DNA of 64,000 bases from Balanoglossus misakiensis. Taxonomy: Eukaryota; Animalia; Hemichordata. How positions within the stretch are numbered: the stretch's first letter is position 1; each line of letters starts with the position of its first letter. The stretch lies in assembly GCA_040954595.2 (NCBI GenBank), contig CM082579.2, positions 16,096,550 through 16,160,549 of the forward strand. Direction: 5' to 3'. The notes below the pieces were generated by a model, which was given only the letters and a program-made list of their open reading frames with translations, did no database searches and had not been told where the DNA came from. Below, one piece after another: positions 28,801-43,099 of the stretch. The position numbers and the translations under genes are program-made.

Positions 28801-31800
28801 TGATCAAATCAGATTCCTACGGCGTGACTCCGCTGGTGCACCGGCTCTATATGACACAGACTGGCGTAAGTTATCAACGGTGATTACGTCGGATTTCCTA
28901 CGGCCTGGTTTAGCTGAAGCCCCGGCACTTTAGAGCGGAAACACGCGTACATTGACCACGATGATCAAGTCAGATCTCCTACGGCTTGGCTCGACTAAAA
29001 CCCCGGCACACTATGACAGACACTAGCGTTCGTTAGCAACGTTGATCAATTCAGATTTCCTACGGCATGGCTTGGCTAAAGCCCTGGCATTCTAGAGCAG
29101 AAACACGCGTACAGAGACCACATTGATCTACTCACATTTCCTTAGGCCTGGCACGGCTGATGCCCCGCACTATATATAGGACACAGACTGGCGTAAGTTA
29201 ACAACGGTAATCACGTCGGGTTTCCTACGGCCTGGCGCAGCTGAAGCCCCGGCACTCTAGAGCAGAAACAGGCGTACATTGACCACGTTGATCAAATTAG
29301 ATTCCTACGGCATGACTCGGCTGGTGCACCGGCTCTATATGACACAGACTGGCGTAAGTTATCAACGGTGATTACGTCGGATTTCCTACGGCCTGGTTTA
29401 GCTGAAGCCCCGGCACTTTAGAGCGGAAACACGCGTACATTGACCACGATGATCCAGTCAGATCTCCTACGGCCTGGCTCGACTAAAACCCCGGCACACC
29501 ATGACAGACACTAGCGTTCGTTAGCAACGGTGATCAAGTCGGATTTCCTTCGGCCTGGCTCTGCAAAACACCCGACACTCTAGTACAAAGACGTTGGCTA
29601 ATCGGGCAAACCGAAGAGGGAAAGTCACAGCGGGTCAACACTCGACATTTGTTCCGGTAGGACTACATTATTGCCTGTCAATTTATAGAGAAAGCCCGAA
29701 TTTAACCAGGGCGTTTCAAACACCGACGTTAGTTGTGGGCACGGCCTGCAGTACTGACGGGTAAGCTGACATCGGCGTACCGCATTTAATGTAGGGGGGG
29801 GGGGAACAGAACGGTTCAATGCTATATTTATTAGATATCAGCTACTTTTGGACAATCATCTAAAATCTAAATCATTTTTTCATATTTGGATATCTGATGA
29901 TGTATGAAATTTCCATTATATGTAAAAATGGTGCTGATTATAAAAAATGCACTCTGAATGAGCTGATTTAATACCAAATTGCGTTTTATTCGTTTTTGCA
30001 CCAAAAAGGTCATTTTAAGGGAAAACATTCTTTATTCTTTAAATTCGGTGACCTGATCATATATAAACAATTGCTTGTATGTTAAAAGTTTTAATGACTT
30101 TTAAAAGCAGTGACACTGGCGGCATTCAACACGAAAATAACAATTTTAGCCACAATTCGGTCAAAATGGTAAATTTTTGAAAATTACAAAAAATACCTGT
30201 TTTCTACATTTTCGGAAATCTGATGGAGTATAGAATGCTCTTCGTATACATATATCGATACAAATTCCACAAAAAAACGGCCAATTTAGCTCACTGCAGA
30301 CAAAATTGCGTTTTACCAAATTTTCCTTGAAAATGTCATTTTTAGAAAAAAAAATAAAAAAAACCTTTGTTCTTCGAATTTGGTGCCCTGATCATATATG
30401 ACATGTTGATTGTATGTTAAAACTTTCGACCACTCCAAAAATGCAGAGATATTGACGGAATTCAAGAAAAAATAGCTATTTTGGCCATATTTTGACAAAA
30501 ATGGTAAATTTTTACAAAATCATAAAAAATTAACTCTTTTCTTCATTTTCGGAAATATTATGGAGCATGAAGTGTCGTTCTCTTGTAAAAAGTGCTGCAA
30601 ATTCCAGAAAAGGCGGTATAATTTGAATCACCCATGACAAAATTACCATTTTCGACTTTTTTTCGAAAAATTGTGATTTTTACAAAATAAATAAGAATAA
30701 ATTATTTTCTTAGTTTCAAAAGGGTAGAGACACTTTCCACACGGGTTTTTTAACATTGAATTCCCATTCATCAACTCAGATTTCCTACAGCATAAGTCGG
30801 CTAAAACCCTGACACTCTAGAGCAGAAACAGTTGCACACTGGTAACGTTGAACAAGTCGATTTTTCTACGGCCTGGCTCGGCTAAATCTCCGTCACAATA
30901 TGACAGACACTAGCGTTCGTTAGCAATGTTGATCAAGTCAGATTTCCTACGGCATGGCTTGGCTAAAGCCCTGGCACTCTAGAGCAGAAACACGCGTACA
31001 GAAACCACGTTGATCTACTCACATTTCCTTCGGCCTGGCACGGCTGATGCCCCGGCAGTATATATAGGACACAGACTTGCGTAAGTTAACAACGGTAATC
31101 ACGTCGGGTTTCCTACGGCCTGGCTCAGCTGAAGCCCCGGCACTCTAGAGCAGAAACAGGCGTACATTGACCACGTTGATCAAATCAGATTCCTACGGCG
31201 TGACTCCGCTGGTGCACCGGCTCTATATGACACAGACTGGCGTAAGTTATCAACGGTGATTACGTCGGATTTCCTACGGCCTGGTTTAGCTGAAGCCCCG
31301 GCACTTTAGAGCGGAAACACGCGTACATTGACCACGATGATCAAGTCAGATCTCCTACGGCTTGGCTCGACTAAAACCCCGGCACACTATGACAGACACT
31401 AGCGTTCGTTAGCAACGTTGATCAATTCAGATTTCCTACGGCATGGCTTGGCTAAAGCCCTGGCATTCTAGAGCAGAAACACGCGTACAGAGACCACATT
31501 GATCTACTCACATTTCCTTAGGCCTGGCACGGCTGATGCCCCGCACTATATATAGGACACAGACTGGCGTAAGTTAACAACGGTAATCACGTCGGGTTTC
31601 CTACGGCCTGGCTCAGCTGAAGCCCCGGCACTCTAGAGCAGAAACAGGCGTACATTGACCACGTTGATCAAATTAGATTCCTACGGCATGACTCGGCTGG
31701 TGCACCGGCTCTATATGACACAGACTGGCGTAAGTTATCAACGGTGATTACGTCGGATTTCCTACGGCCTGGTTTAGCTGAAGCCCGGCACTTTAGAGCG

Positions 31801-34800
31801 GAAACACGCGTACATTGACCACGATGATCCAGTCAGATCTCCTACGGCCTGGCTCGACTAAAACCCCGGCACACCATGACAGACACTAGCGTTCGTTAGC
31901 AACGGTGATCAAGTCGGATTTCCTTCGGCCTGGCTCTGCAAAACACCCGACACTCTAGTACAAAGACGTTGGCTAATCGGGCAAACCGAAGAGGGAAAGT
32001 CACAGCGGGTCAACACTCGACATTTGTTCCGGTAGGACTACATTATTGCCTGTCAATTTATAGAGAAAGCCCGAATTTAACCAGGGCGTTTCAAACACCG
32101 ACGTTAGTTGTGGGCACGGCCTGCAGTACTGACGGGTAAGCTGACATCGGCGTACCGCATTTAATGTAGGGGGGGGGGGGGAACAGAACGGTTCAATGCT
32201 ATATTTATTAGATATCAGCTACTTTTGGACAATCATCTAAAATCTAAATCATTTTTTCATATTTGGATATCTGATGATGTATGAAATTTCCATTATATGT
32301 AAAAATGGTGCTGATTATAAAAAATGCACTCTGAATGAGCTGATTTAATACCAAATTGCGTTTTATTCGTTTTTGCACCAAAAAGGTCATTTTAAGGGAA
32401 AACATTCTTTATTCTTTAAATTCGGTGACCTGATCATATATAAACAATTGCTTGTATGTTAAAAGTTTTAATGACTTTTAAAAGCAGTGACACTGGCGGC
32501 ATTCAACACGAAAATAACAATTTTAGCCACAATTCGGTCAAAATGGTAAATTTTTGAAAATTACAAAAAATACCTGTTTTCTACATTTTCGGAAATCTGA
32601 TGGAGTATAGAATGCTCTTCGTATACATATATCGATACAAATTCCACAAAAAAACGGCCAATTTGGCTCACTGCAGACAAAATTGCGTTTTACCAAATTT
32701 TCCTTGAAAATGTCATTTTTAGAAAAAAAAATAAAAAAAACCTTTGTTCTTCGAATTTGGTGCCCTGATCATATATGACATGTTGATTGTATGTTAAAAC
32801 TTTCGACCACTCCAAAAATGCAGAGATATTGACGGAATTCAAGAAAAAATAGCCATTTTGGCCATATTTTGACAAAAATGGTAAATTTTTGAAAAATCAT
32901 AAAAAATTAACTCTTTTCTTCATTTTCGGAAATATTATGGAGCATGAAGTGTCGTTCTCTTGTAAAAAGTGCTGCAAATTCCAGAAAAGGCGGTATAATT
33001 TGAATCACCCATGACAAAATTACCATTTTCGACTTTTTTTCGAAAAATTGTGATTTTTACAAAATAAATAAGAATAAATTATTTTCTTAGTTTCAAAAGG
33101 GTAGAGACACTTTCCACACGGGTTTTTTAACATTGAATTCCCATTCATCAACTCAGATTTCCTACAGCATAAGTCGGCTAAAACCCTGACACTCTAGAGC
33201 AGAAACAGTTGCACAATGGTAACGTTGAACAAGTCGATTTTTCTACGGCCTGGCTCGGCTAAATCTCCGTCACAATATGACAGACACTAGCGCACGTTAG
33301 CAACGGTGATCAAGTCAGATTTTCTACGGCATGGCTGGGATAAAGCCCCGGCACTCTAGAGCAGAAACACGCGTACAGAGACCACGTTGATCAAGTCTGA
33401 TCTCCTACGGCTTGGCTCGACTAAAACCCCGGCACACTATGACAGACACTAGCGTTCGTTAGCAATGTTGATCAAGTCAGATTTCCAACGGCATGACTTG
33501 GCTAAAGCCCTGGCACTCTAGAGCAGAAACACGCGTACAGAGACCACGTTGATCTACTCCCATTTCCTTCGGCCTGGCACAGCTGATGCCCCGGCACTAT
33601 ATATAGGACACAGACTGGCGTAAGTTAACAACGGTAATCACGTCGGGTTTCCTACGGCCTGGCTCAGCTGAAGCCCCGGCACTCTAGAGCAGAAACAGGC
33701 GTACATTGACCACATTGATCAAGTCAGATGTCCTACGGCGTGACTCCGCTGGTGCACCGGCTCTATATGACACAGACTGGCGTAAGTTATCAACGGTGAT
33801 TACGTCGGATTTCCTACGGCCTGGTTTAGCTCAAGCCCCGGCACTTTAGAGCGGAAACACGCGTACATTGACCACGATGATCAAGTCAGATCTCCTACGG
33901 CTTGGCTCGACTAAAACCCCGGCACACTATGACAGACACTAGCGTTCGTTAGCAACGTTGATCAAGTCAGATTTCCTACAGCATGGCTTGGCTAAAGCCC
34001 TGGCATTCTAGAGCAGAAACACGCGTACAGAGACCACATTGATCTACTCACATTTCCTTAGGCCTGGCACGGCTGATGCCCCGCACTATATATAGGACAC
34101 AGACTGGCGTAAGTTAACAACGGTAATCACGTCGGGTTTCCTACGGCCTGGATCAGCTGAAGCCCCGGCACTCTAGAGCAGAAACAGGCGTACATTGACC
34201 ACGTTGATCAAGTCAGATTTCCTACGGCCTGGTTCGACTAAAACCCCGGCACACCATGACAGACACTAGCGTTCGTTAGCAACGGTGATCAAGTCGGATT
34301 TCCTTCGGCCTGGCTCGGCAAAAGACCCGACCCTCTAGTACAAAGACGTTGGCTAAGTCGGGCAAACCGAAGACGGAAAGTCACAGCGGGTCAACACTCG
34401 ACATTTGTTCGGGTAGGACTGCATTATTGCCTGTTAATTTATAGAGAAAGCCCGAATTTAACCAGGGCGCTTCAAACACCGACGTTAGTTGGGGGCACGG
34501 CCTGCAGTACTGCCGGGTAAGGTGACATCGGCGTACCGCATATAATGTAGGGGGGGGGGGGAGAAACAGAACGGTTCAATACTACATTTATCAGATATCA
34601 GCTAATTTTGGACAATCATCTAAAATCTAAATCATCTTTTCATATTTGGATAACTGATGATGTATGAAATTTCCATTATATGTAAAAATGGTGCTGATTA
34701 TAAAAATGCACTCTGAATGAGCTGATTTAATACAAAATTGCGTTTTATTCGTTTTTGCACCAAAAAGGTCATTTTTAGGCAAAACATTCTTTATTTTTTT

Positions 34801-37800
34801 ACTTCGGTGACCTGATCATATATAAACAATTGCTTGTATGTTAAAAGTTTTTATGGCTTTTAAAAGCAGTGACACTGGCGGCATTCAACACGAAAATAAC
34901 AATTTTAGCCACAATTTGGTCAAAATGGTAAATTTTTGAAAATTACAAAAAATACCTGTTTTCTACATTTTTGGAAATCTGATGGAGTATAGAATGCTCT
35001 TCGTATGTATATATCGATACAAATTCCACAAAAGACCGTCTAATTTGGCTCACTGCAGACAAAATTGCGTTTTACCAAATTTTCCTTGAAAATGTCATTT
35101 TTAGAAAAAAAAATAAAAAAACCTTTGTTCTTCAAATGTGGTGCCCTGATCATATATGACATGTTGATTGTATGTTAAAACTTTCGACCACTCCAAAAAT
35201 GCAGAGATATTGACGAATTTGGTGCCCTGATCATATATGACATGTTGATTGTATGTTAAAACTTTCGACCACTCCAAAAATGCAGAGATATTGACGGAAT
35301 TCAAGAAAAAATAGCCATTTTGGCCATATTTTGACAAAAATGGTAAATTTTTAAAAAATCATAAAAAATTAACTATTTTCTTCATTTTCGGAAATATTAT
35401 GGAGCATGAAGTGTCGTTCTCTTGTAAAAAGTGCTGCAAATTCCAGAAAAGGTGGTATAATTTGAATCACCCAAGACAAAATTACCATTTTCGACTTTTT
35501 TTCGAAAAATTGTCTTTTTAACAAAATAAATAAGAATAAATTCTTTTCTTAGTTTCAAACGGGAAGAGATACTTTCCACACGGGTTTTCTAACATTGAAT
35601 TCCCGTTCATCAACTCAGATTTCCTAGAGCATAAGTCGGCTAAAACCCTGACACTCTAGAGCAGAAACAGTTGCACACTGGTAACGTTGAACAAGTCGAT
35701 TTTTCTACGGCCTGGCTCGGCTAAATCTCCGTCACAATATGACAGACACTAGCGTACGTTAGCAACGGTGATCAAGTCAGATTTTCTACGGCATGGCTTG
35801 GATAAAGCCCCGGCACTCTAGAGCAGAAACACGCGTACAGAGACCACGTTGATGAAGTCTGATCTCCTACGGCTTGGCTCGACTAAAACCCCGGCACACT
35901 ATGACAGACACTATCGTACGTTAGCAACGGTGATCAAGTCAGATTTTCTACGGCATGGCTTGGATAAAGCCCCGGCACTCTAGAGCAGAAACACGCGTAC
36001 AGAGACCACGTTGATCTACTCACATTTCCTTCGGCCTGGCACGGCTGATGCCCCGGCACTATATATAGGACACAGACTGGCGTAAGTTAACAACGGTAAT
36101 CACGTCGGGTTTCCTACGGCCTGGCTCAGCTGAAGCCCCGGCACTCTAGAGCAGAAACAGGCGTACATTGACCACGTTGATCAAGTCAGATTTCCTACGG
36201 CGTGATTCGGCTGGTGCACCGGCTCTATATGACACAGACTGGCGTAAGTTATCAACGGTGATTACGTCGGATTTCCTACGGCATGGTTTAGCTGAAGCCC
36301 CGGCACTTTAGAGCGGAAACACGCGTACATTGACCACGATGATCAAGTCAGATCTCCTACGGCCTGGCTCTTCTAAAACCCCGGCACACCATGACAGACA
36401 CTAGCGTTCGTTAGCAACGGTGATCAAGTCGGATTTCCTTCGGCCTGGCTCTGCAAAAGACCCGACACATTAGTACAAAGACGTTGCCTAAGTCGGGCAA
36501 ACCGAAGAGGGAAAGTCACAGCGGGTCAACACTCGACATTTGTTCGGGTAGGACTGCATTATTGCCTGTCAATTTATAGAGAAAGCCCGAATTTAACCAG
36601 GGCGTTTCAAACACCGACGTTATTTGGGGGCACGGCCTGCAGTACTGCCGGGTAAGCTGACATCGGCGTACCGCATATAATGTAGGGGGGGGGGACAGAA
36701 CGGTTCAATACTACATTTATTAGATATCAGCTAATTTTGGACAATCATCTAAAATCTAAATCATTTTTTCATATTTGGATATCTGATGATGTATGAAATT
36801 TCCAATATATGTAAAAATGGTGCTGATTATAAAAAATGCACTCTGAATGAGCTGATTTAATACAAAATTGCGTTTTATTCGTTTTTGCACCAAAAAGGTC
36901 ATTTTTAGGCAAAACATTCTTTATATTTTTAATTCGGTGACCTGATCATATATAAACAATTGCTTGTGTGTTAAAAGTTTTTATGGCTTTTAAAAGCAGT
37001 GACACTGGCGGCATTCATCACGAAAATAACAATTTTAGCCACAATTTGGTCAAAATGGTAAATTTTTGAAAATTACAAAAAATACCTGTTTTCTACATTT
37101 TCGGAAATCTGATGGAGTATAGAATGCTCTTCGTATGTATATATCGATACAAATTCCACAAAAGACCGTCTAATTTGACTCACTACAGACAAAATTGCGT
37201 TTGACCAAATTTTCCTTGAAAATTTCATTTTTAGAAAAAAAAATAAAAAAACCTTCGTTCTTCGAATTTGGTGCCCTGATCATATATGACATGTTGATTG
37301 TATGTTAAAACTTTCGACCACTCCAAAAATGCAGAGATATTGACGGAATTCAAGAAAAAAATAGCCATTTTGGCCATATTTTGACAAAATGGTACATTTT
37401 TGAAAAATCATAAAAAATTAACTCTTTTCTTCATTTTCGGAAATATTATGGAGCATGAAGTGTCGTTCTCTTGTAAAAAGTGCTGCAAATTCCAGAAAAG
37501 GCGGTATAATTTGAATCACCCAAGACAAAATTGCAATTTTTCGACTTTTTTTCGAAAAATTGTCTTTTTTACAAAATAAATAAGAATAAATTCTTTTCTT
37601 AGTTTCAAACGGGTAGAGATACTTTCCACACGGGTTTTCTAACATTGAATTCCCGTTCATCAACTCAGATTTCCTACAGCATAAGTCGGCTAAAACCCTG
37701 ACACTCTAGAGCAGAAACAGTTGCACACTGGTAACGTTGAACAAGTCGATTTTTCTACGGCCTGGCTCGGCTAAATCTCCGTCACAATATGACAGACACT

Positions 37801-40800
37801 AGCGTACGTTAGCAACGGTGATCAAGTCAGATTTTCTACGGCATGGGTTGGATAAAGCCCCGGCACTCTAGAGCAGAAACACGCGTACAGAGACCACGTT
37901 GATCAAGTCTGATCTCCTACGGCTTGGCTCGACTAAAACCCCGGCACACTATGACAGACACTAGCGTTCGTTAGCAACGTTGATCAAGTCAGATTTCCTA
38001 CGGCATGGCTTGGCTAAAGCCCTGGCACTCTAGAGCAGAAACACGCGTACAGAGACCACGTTGATCTACTCACATTTCCTTCGGCCTGGCACGGCTGATG
38101 CCCCGGCACTATATATAGGACACAAACTGGCGTAAGTTAACAACGGTAATCACGTCGGGTTTCCTACGGCCTGGCTCAGCTGAAGCCCCGGCACTCTAGA
38201 GCAGAAACAGGCGTACATTGACCACGTTGATCAAGTCGGATTTCCTACGGCGTGACTCGGCTGGTGCACCGGCTCTATATGACACAGACTGGCGTAAGTT
38301 ATCAACGGTGATTACGTCGGATTTCCTACGGCATGGTTTAGCTGAAGCCCCGGCACTTTAGAGCGGAAACACGCGTACATTGACCACGATGATCAAGTCA
38401 GATCTCCTACGGCCTGGGTCGACTAAAACCCCGGCACACCATGACAGACACTAGCGTTCGTTAGCAACGGTGATCAAGTCGGATTTCCTTCGGCCTGGCT
38501 CTGCAAAAGACCCGACACTCTAGTACAAAGACGTTGGCTAAGTTGGGCAAACCGAAGACGGAAAGTCGCAGCGGGTCAACACTCGACATTTGTTCCGGTA
38601 GGACTGCATTATTGCCTGTCGATTTATAGAGAGAGCCCGAATTTAACCAGGGCGTTTCAAACACCGACGTTTGTTGGGGGCACGGCCTACAGTACTGCCG
38701 GGTAAGCTGACATCGGCGTACCGCATATAATGTAAGGGGGGGGGGGGGGGGGACAGAACGGTTCAATGCTATATTTATTAGATATCAGCTACTTTTGGAC
38801 AATCATCTCAAATCTAAATCATTTTTTCATATTTGGATATCTGATGATGTATGAAATTTCCATTATATGTAAAAATGGTGCTGATTATAAAAAATGCACT
38901 CTGAATGAACTGATTTAATACAAGATTGCGTTTTATTCGTTTTTGCACCAAAAAGGTCATTTTTAGGCAAAACATTCTTTATATTTTTAATTCGGTGACC
39001 TGATCATATATAAACAATTGCTTGTGTGTTAAAAGTTTTTATGGCTTTTAAAAGCAGTGACACTGGCGGCATTCATCACGAAAATAACAATTTTAGCCAC
39101 AATTTGGTCAAAATGGTAAATTTTTGAAAATTACAAAAAATACCTGTTTTCTACATTTTCGGAAATCTGATGGAGTATAGAATGCTCTTCGTATGTATAT
39201 ATCGATACAAATTCCACAAAAGACCGTCTAATTTGACTCACTACAGACAAAATTGCGTTTGACCAAATTTTCCTTGAAAATTTCATTTAAAAAAAAAAAA
39301 ATAAAAAAACCTTTATTCTTCGAATTTGGTGCCCTGATCATATATGACATGTTGATTGTATGTTAAAACTTTCGACCACTCCAAAAATGCAGAGATATTG
39401 ACGGAATTCAAGAAAAAATAGCCATTTTGGCCATATTTTGACAAAATGGTACAGTTTTAAAAAATCATAAAAAATAAACTCTTTTCTTCATTTTCGGAAA
39501 TATTATGGTGCATGAAGTGTCGTTCTCTTGTAAAAAGTGCTGCAAATTCCAGAAAATGTGGTATAATTTGAATCACCCAAGACAAAATTACCATTTTCGA
39601 CTTGTTTTCGAAAAATTGTCTTTTTTAAAAAATAAATAAGAATAAATTCTTTTCTTAGTTTCAAACGGGTAGAGATACTTTCCACACGGGTTTTCTAACA
39701 TTGAATTCCCGTCATCAACTCAGATTTCCTACAGCATAAGTCGGCTAAAACCCTGACACTCTAGAGCAGAAACAGTTGCACACTGATAACGTTGAACAAG
39801 TCGATTTTTCTACGGCCTGGCTCGGCTAAATCTCGTCACAATATGACAGACACTAGCGTACGTTAGCAACGGTGATCAAGTCAGATTTTCAACGGCATGG
39901 GTTGGATAAAGCCCCGGCACTCTAGAGCAGAAACACGCGTACAGAGACCACGTTGATCAAGTCTGATCTCCTACGGCTTGGCTCGACTAAAACCCCGGCA
40001 CACTATGACAGACACTAGCGTTCGTTAGCAATGTTGATCAAGTCAGATTTCCTACGGCATGGCTTTGCTAAAGCCCTGACACTCTAGAGCAGAAACACGC
40101 GTACAGAGACCACGTTGATCTACTCACATTTCCTTCGGCCTGGCACGGCTGATGCCCCGGCACTATATATAGGACACAGACTGGCGTAAGTTAACAACGG
40201 TAATCACGTCGGGTTTCCTACGGCCTGGCTCAGCTGAAGCCCCGGCACTTTAGAGCAGAAACAGGCGTACATTGACCACGTTGATCAAGTCAGATTTCCT
40301 ACGGCGTGACTCGGCTGGTGCACCGGCTCTATATGACACAGACTGGCGTGAGTTATCAACGGTGATTACGCCAGATTTCCTACGGCCTGGTTTAGCTGAA
40401 GCCCCGGCACTTTAGAGCGGAAACACGCGTACATTGACCACGATGATCAAGTCAGATCTCCTACGGCCTGGCTCGACTAAAACCCCGGCACACCATGACA
40501 GACACTAGCGTTCGTTAGCAACGGTGATCAAGTCGGATTTCCTTCGGCCTGGCTCTGCAAAAGACCCGACACATTAGTACAAAGACGTTGGCTAAGTCGG
40601 GCAAACCGAAGAGGGAAAGTCACAGCGGGTCAACACTCGACATTTGTTCGGGTAGGACTGCATTATTGCCTGACAATTTATAGAGAAAGCCCGAATTTAA
40701 CCAGGGCGTTTCAAACACCGACGTTATTTGGGGGCACGGCCTGCAGTACTGCCGGGTAAGCTGACATCGGCGTACCGCATATAATGTAGGGGGGGGGGGA

Positions 40801-42392
40801 CAGAACGGTTCAATACTACATTTATTAGATATCAGCTAATTTTGGACAATCATCTAAAATCTAAATCATTTTTTCATATTTGGATATCTGATGATGTATG
40901 AAATTTCCATTATATGTGAAAATGGTGCTGATTATAAAAAATGCACTCTGAATGAGCTGATTTAATACAAAATTGCGTTTTATTCGTTTTTGCACCAAAA
41001 AGGTCATTTTTAGGCAAAACATTCTTTATTTTTTTAATTCGGTGACCTGATCATATATAAGCAATTTCATAGCCATTTCATAGTCAGGATTTTAGCCGAC
41101 TTATGCTGTAGGAAATCTGAGTTGATGAACGGGAATTCATTGTTAGAAAACCCGTGTGGAAAGTATCTCTACCCGTTTCAAACTAAGAAAAGAATTTATT
41201 GTTATTTATTTTGTAAAAAAGACAATTGTTCGAAAAAAAGTCGAAAAGGGTAATTTTGTCTTGGGTGATTCAAATTATACTGCCTTTTCTGGAATTTGCA
41301 GCACTTTTTACAAGAGAACGACACTTCATGCTCCATACTATTTCCGAAAATGAAGAAAAGAGTTTATTTTTTGATGATTTTTTAAAAATTTACCATTTTT
41401 GTCAAAATATGGCCAAAATGGCTATTTTTTCTTGAATTCCGTCAATATCTCTGCATTTTTGGAGTGGTCGAAAGTTTTAACATACAATCAACATGTCATA
41501 TATGATCAGGGCACCAAATTCGAAGAACAAAGGTGTTTTTTTTTTCTTTTTCTAAAAATGACATTTTCAAGGTAAATTTGGTAAAACGCAATTTTGTCTG
41601 CAGTGAGCCATATTAGACTGTCTTTTGTGGAATTTATATCGATATATACATACGAAGAGCATTCTATACTCCATCAGATTTCCGAAAATGTAGAAAACAG
41701 GTATTTTTTGTAATTTTCAAAAAATTACCATTTTGACCAAATTGTGGCTAAAATTGTTATTTTCGTGTTGAATGCCGCCAGTGTCACTGCTTTTAAAAGT
41801 CATAAAAACTTCTAACATACAAGCAATTGTTTATATATGATGAGGTCACCGAATTAAAAAAAAAAAAGAATGTTTTGCCTAAAAATGATCTTTTTGGTGC
41901 AAAAACGAATAAAACGCAATTTTGTATTAAATCAGCTCATTCAGAGTGCATTTTTTATAATCAGCACCATTTTTACATATGATGGAAATTTCATACATCA
42001 TCAGATATCCAAATATGAAAAAATGATTTAGATTTTAGATGATTGTCCAAAATTAGCTGATATCTAATAAATGTAGTATTGAACCGTTCTGTTTCCCCCC
42101 CCCCTACATTATATGCGGTACGCCGATGTCAGCTTACCCGGCAGTACTGCAGGCCGTGCCCACAACTAACGTCGGTGTTTGAAACGCCCTGGTTAAATTC
42201 GGGCTTTCTCTATAAATTGACAGGCAATAATGTAGTCCTACCGGAACAAATGTCGAGTGTTGACCCGCTGTGACTTTCCCTCTTCGGTTTGCCCGATTAG
42301 CCAACGTCTTTAGCTTCAGCTAAACCAGGCCGTAGGAAATCCGACGTAATCACCGTTGATAACTTACGCCAGTCTGTGTCATATAGAGCCGG

Positions 42393-43033
42393 TGTAAGTG
42401 CAGTCCTCCCTGATTGGATGGCTGTGTGTGCAGGTGCACATGCACATAGTGGTTATCCAATATGCAAATTTCCTTTTCACTATAAATTGGCACCTCGCCA
42501 GTGTGCAAGTTTTCATTTTGCCACGTCAGGCCTTCTAGGCTACATGTTTGTGACCACTGCACTGCATGCTTTTTGAGCCCCTAAAAGCGTCACCATCTGA
42601 GGTAAGACTGTTTTATTTAGCGATACAGAGCGGTCTTTCAACAGAAGCAGCGACTATCCAGGACGCAGACTACTTCATTTATAAACCATTAATTTTGAGC
42701 GATTGAATAGAATTGATTTGAATTTACTTACCTGTAAACGCTGTATTTTTGGAATTTGCTTTGTAATTGAGTTTGAACTTCTGTATCGGCATTTTACATT
42801 TACCTTTGAATACTTACTTGAATTTATTTCGCCTATGTATTTGTTTATACAGAACCGTGTTGTACCCGTGTTATACCAGTGTTATACCAGTATTAGAACC
42901 GTGTTATTACGTCGTGCACGGTCTATTTTGTATGCACCGAACAGTTTGCTCCTCGTAGAGAGTAAAATAAAAGGAGAATTTTTATACAACACGAGTGTCG
43001 AGGGGCCCATGCAAGTAGGAATTGGATCCTACA
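42393..43033 (+). repeat. Putative 5' LTR (~641 bp)
   Basis: Begins TGTAAG and ends CCTACA (TG...CA, 5/6 terminal inverted repeat). Contains CCAAT, TATAAA (42481) and AATAAA (42966) and ends 66 bp before the polyprotein ATG. The right boundary is inferred because there is no second LTR to align. Confidence 0.7.
42410..42490 (+). promoter_or_regulatory. Candidate LTR U3 promoter: ATTGG/CCAAT boxes, octamer ATGCAAAT, TATAAA
   Basis: TGATTGG (~42411), CCAATATGCAAAT (~42457-42469) and TATAAA (42481-42486) are clustered at the LTR 5' end. Motif evidence only. Confidence 0.45.
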
Positions 43034-43099
43034 TAGTTCTCAGATGACGTTGGACTGAAACCTGGTGTAACCGTGTACTAGCAGATACATTAGAAAGTC

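Larger units (their letters stand above)
1..41066 (+). repeat. Complex tandem satellite, left arm; ~20 monomers of ~2.05 kb (long variants ~2.38 kb); strand label arbitrary
   Basis: The marker TCGGCTAAAACCCTGACACTCTAG recurs near 441, 2838, 4881, 6937, 9310, 11688, 13748, 15800, 17852, 19905, 21958, 23995, 26044, 28421, 30797, 33174, 35636, 37686 and 39741. The same spurious ORFs repeat with the same spacing. Confidence 0.98.

Noticed and set aside
42376-43047. ORFs within the LTR (66, 114 and 63 aa)
   Set aside because: No motifs, and they overlap the satellite junction or LTR regulatory sequence.
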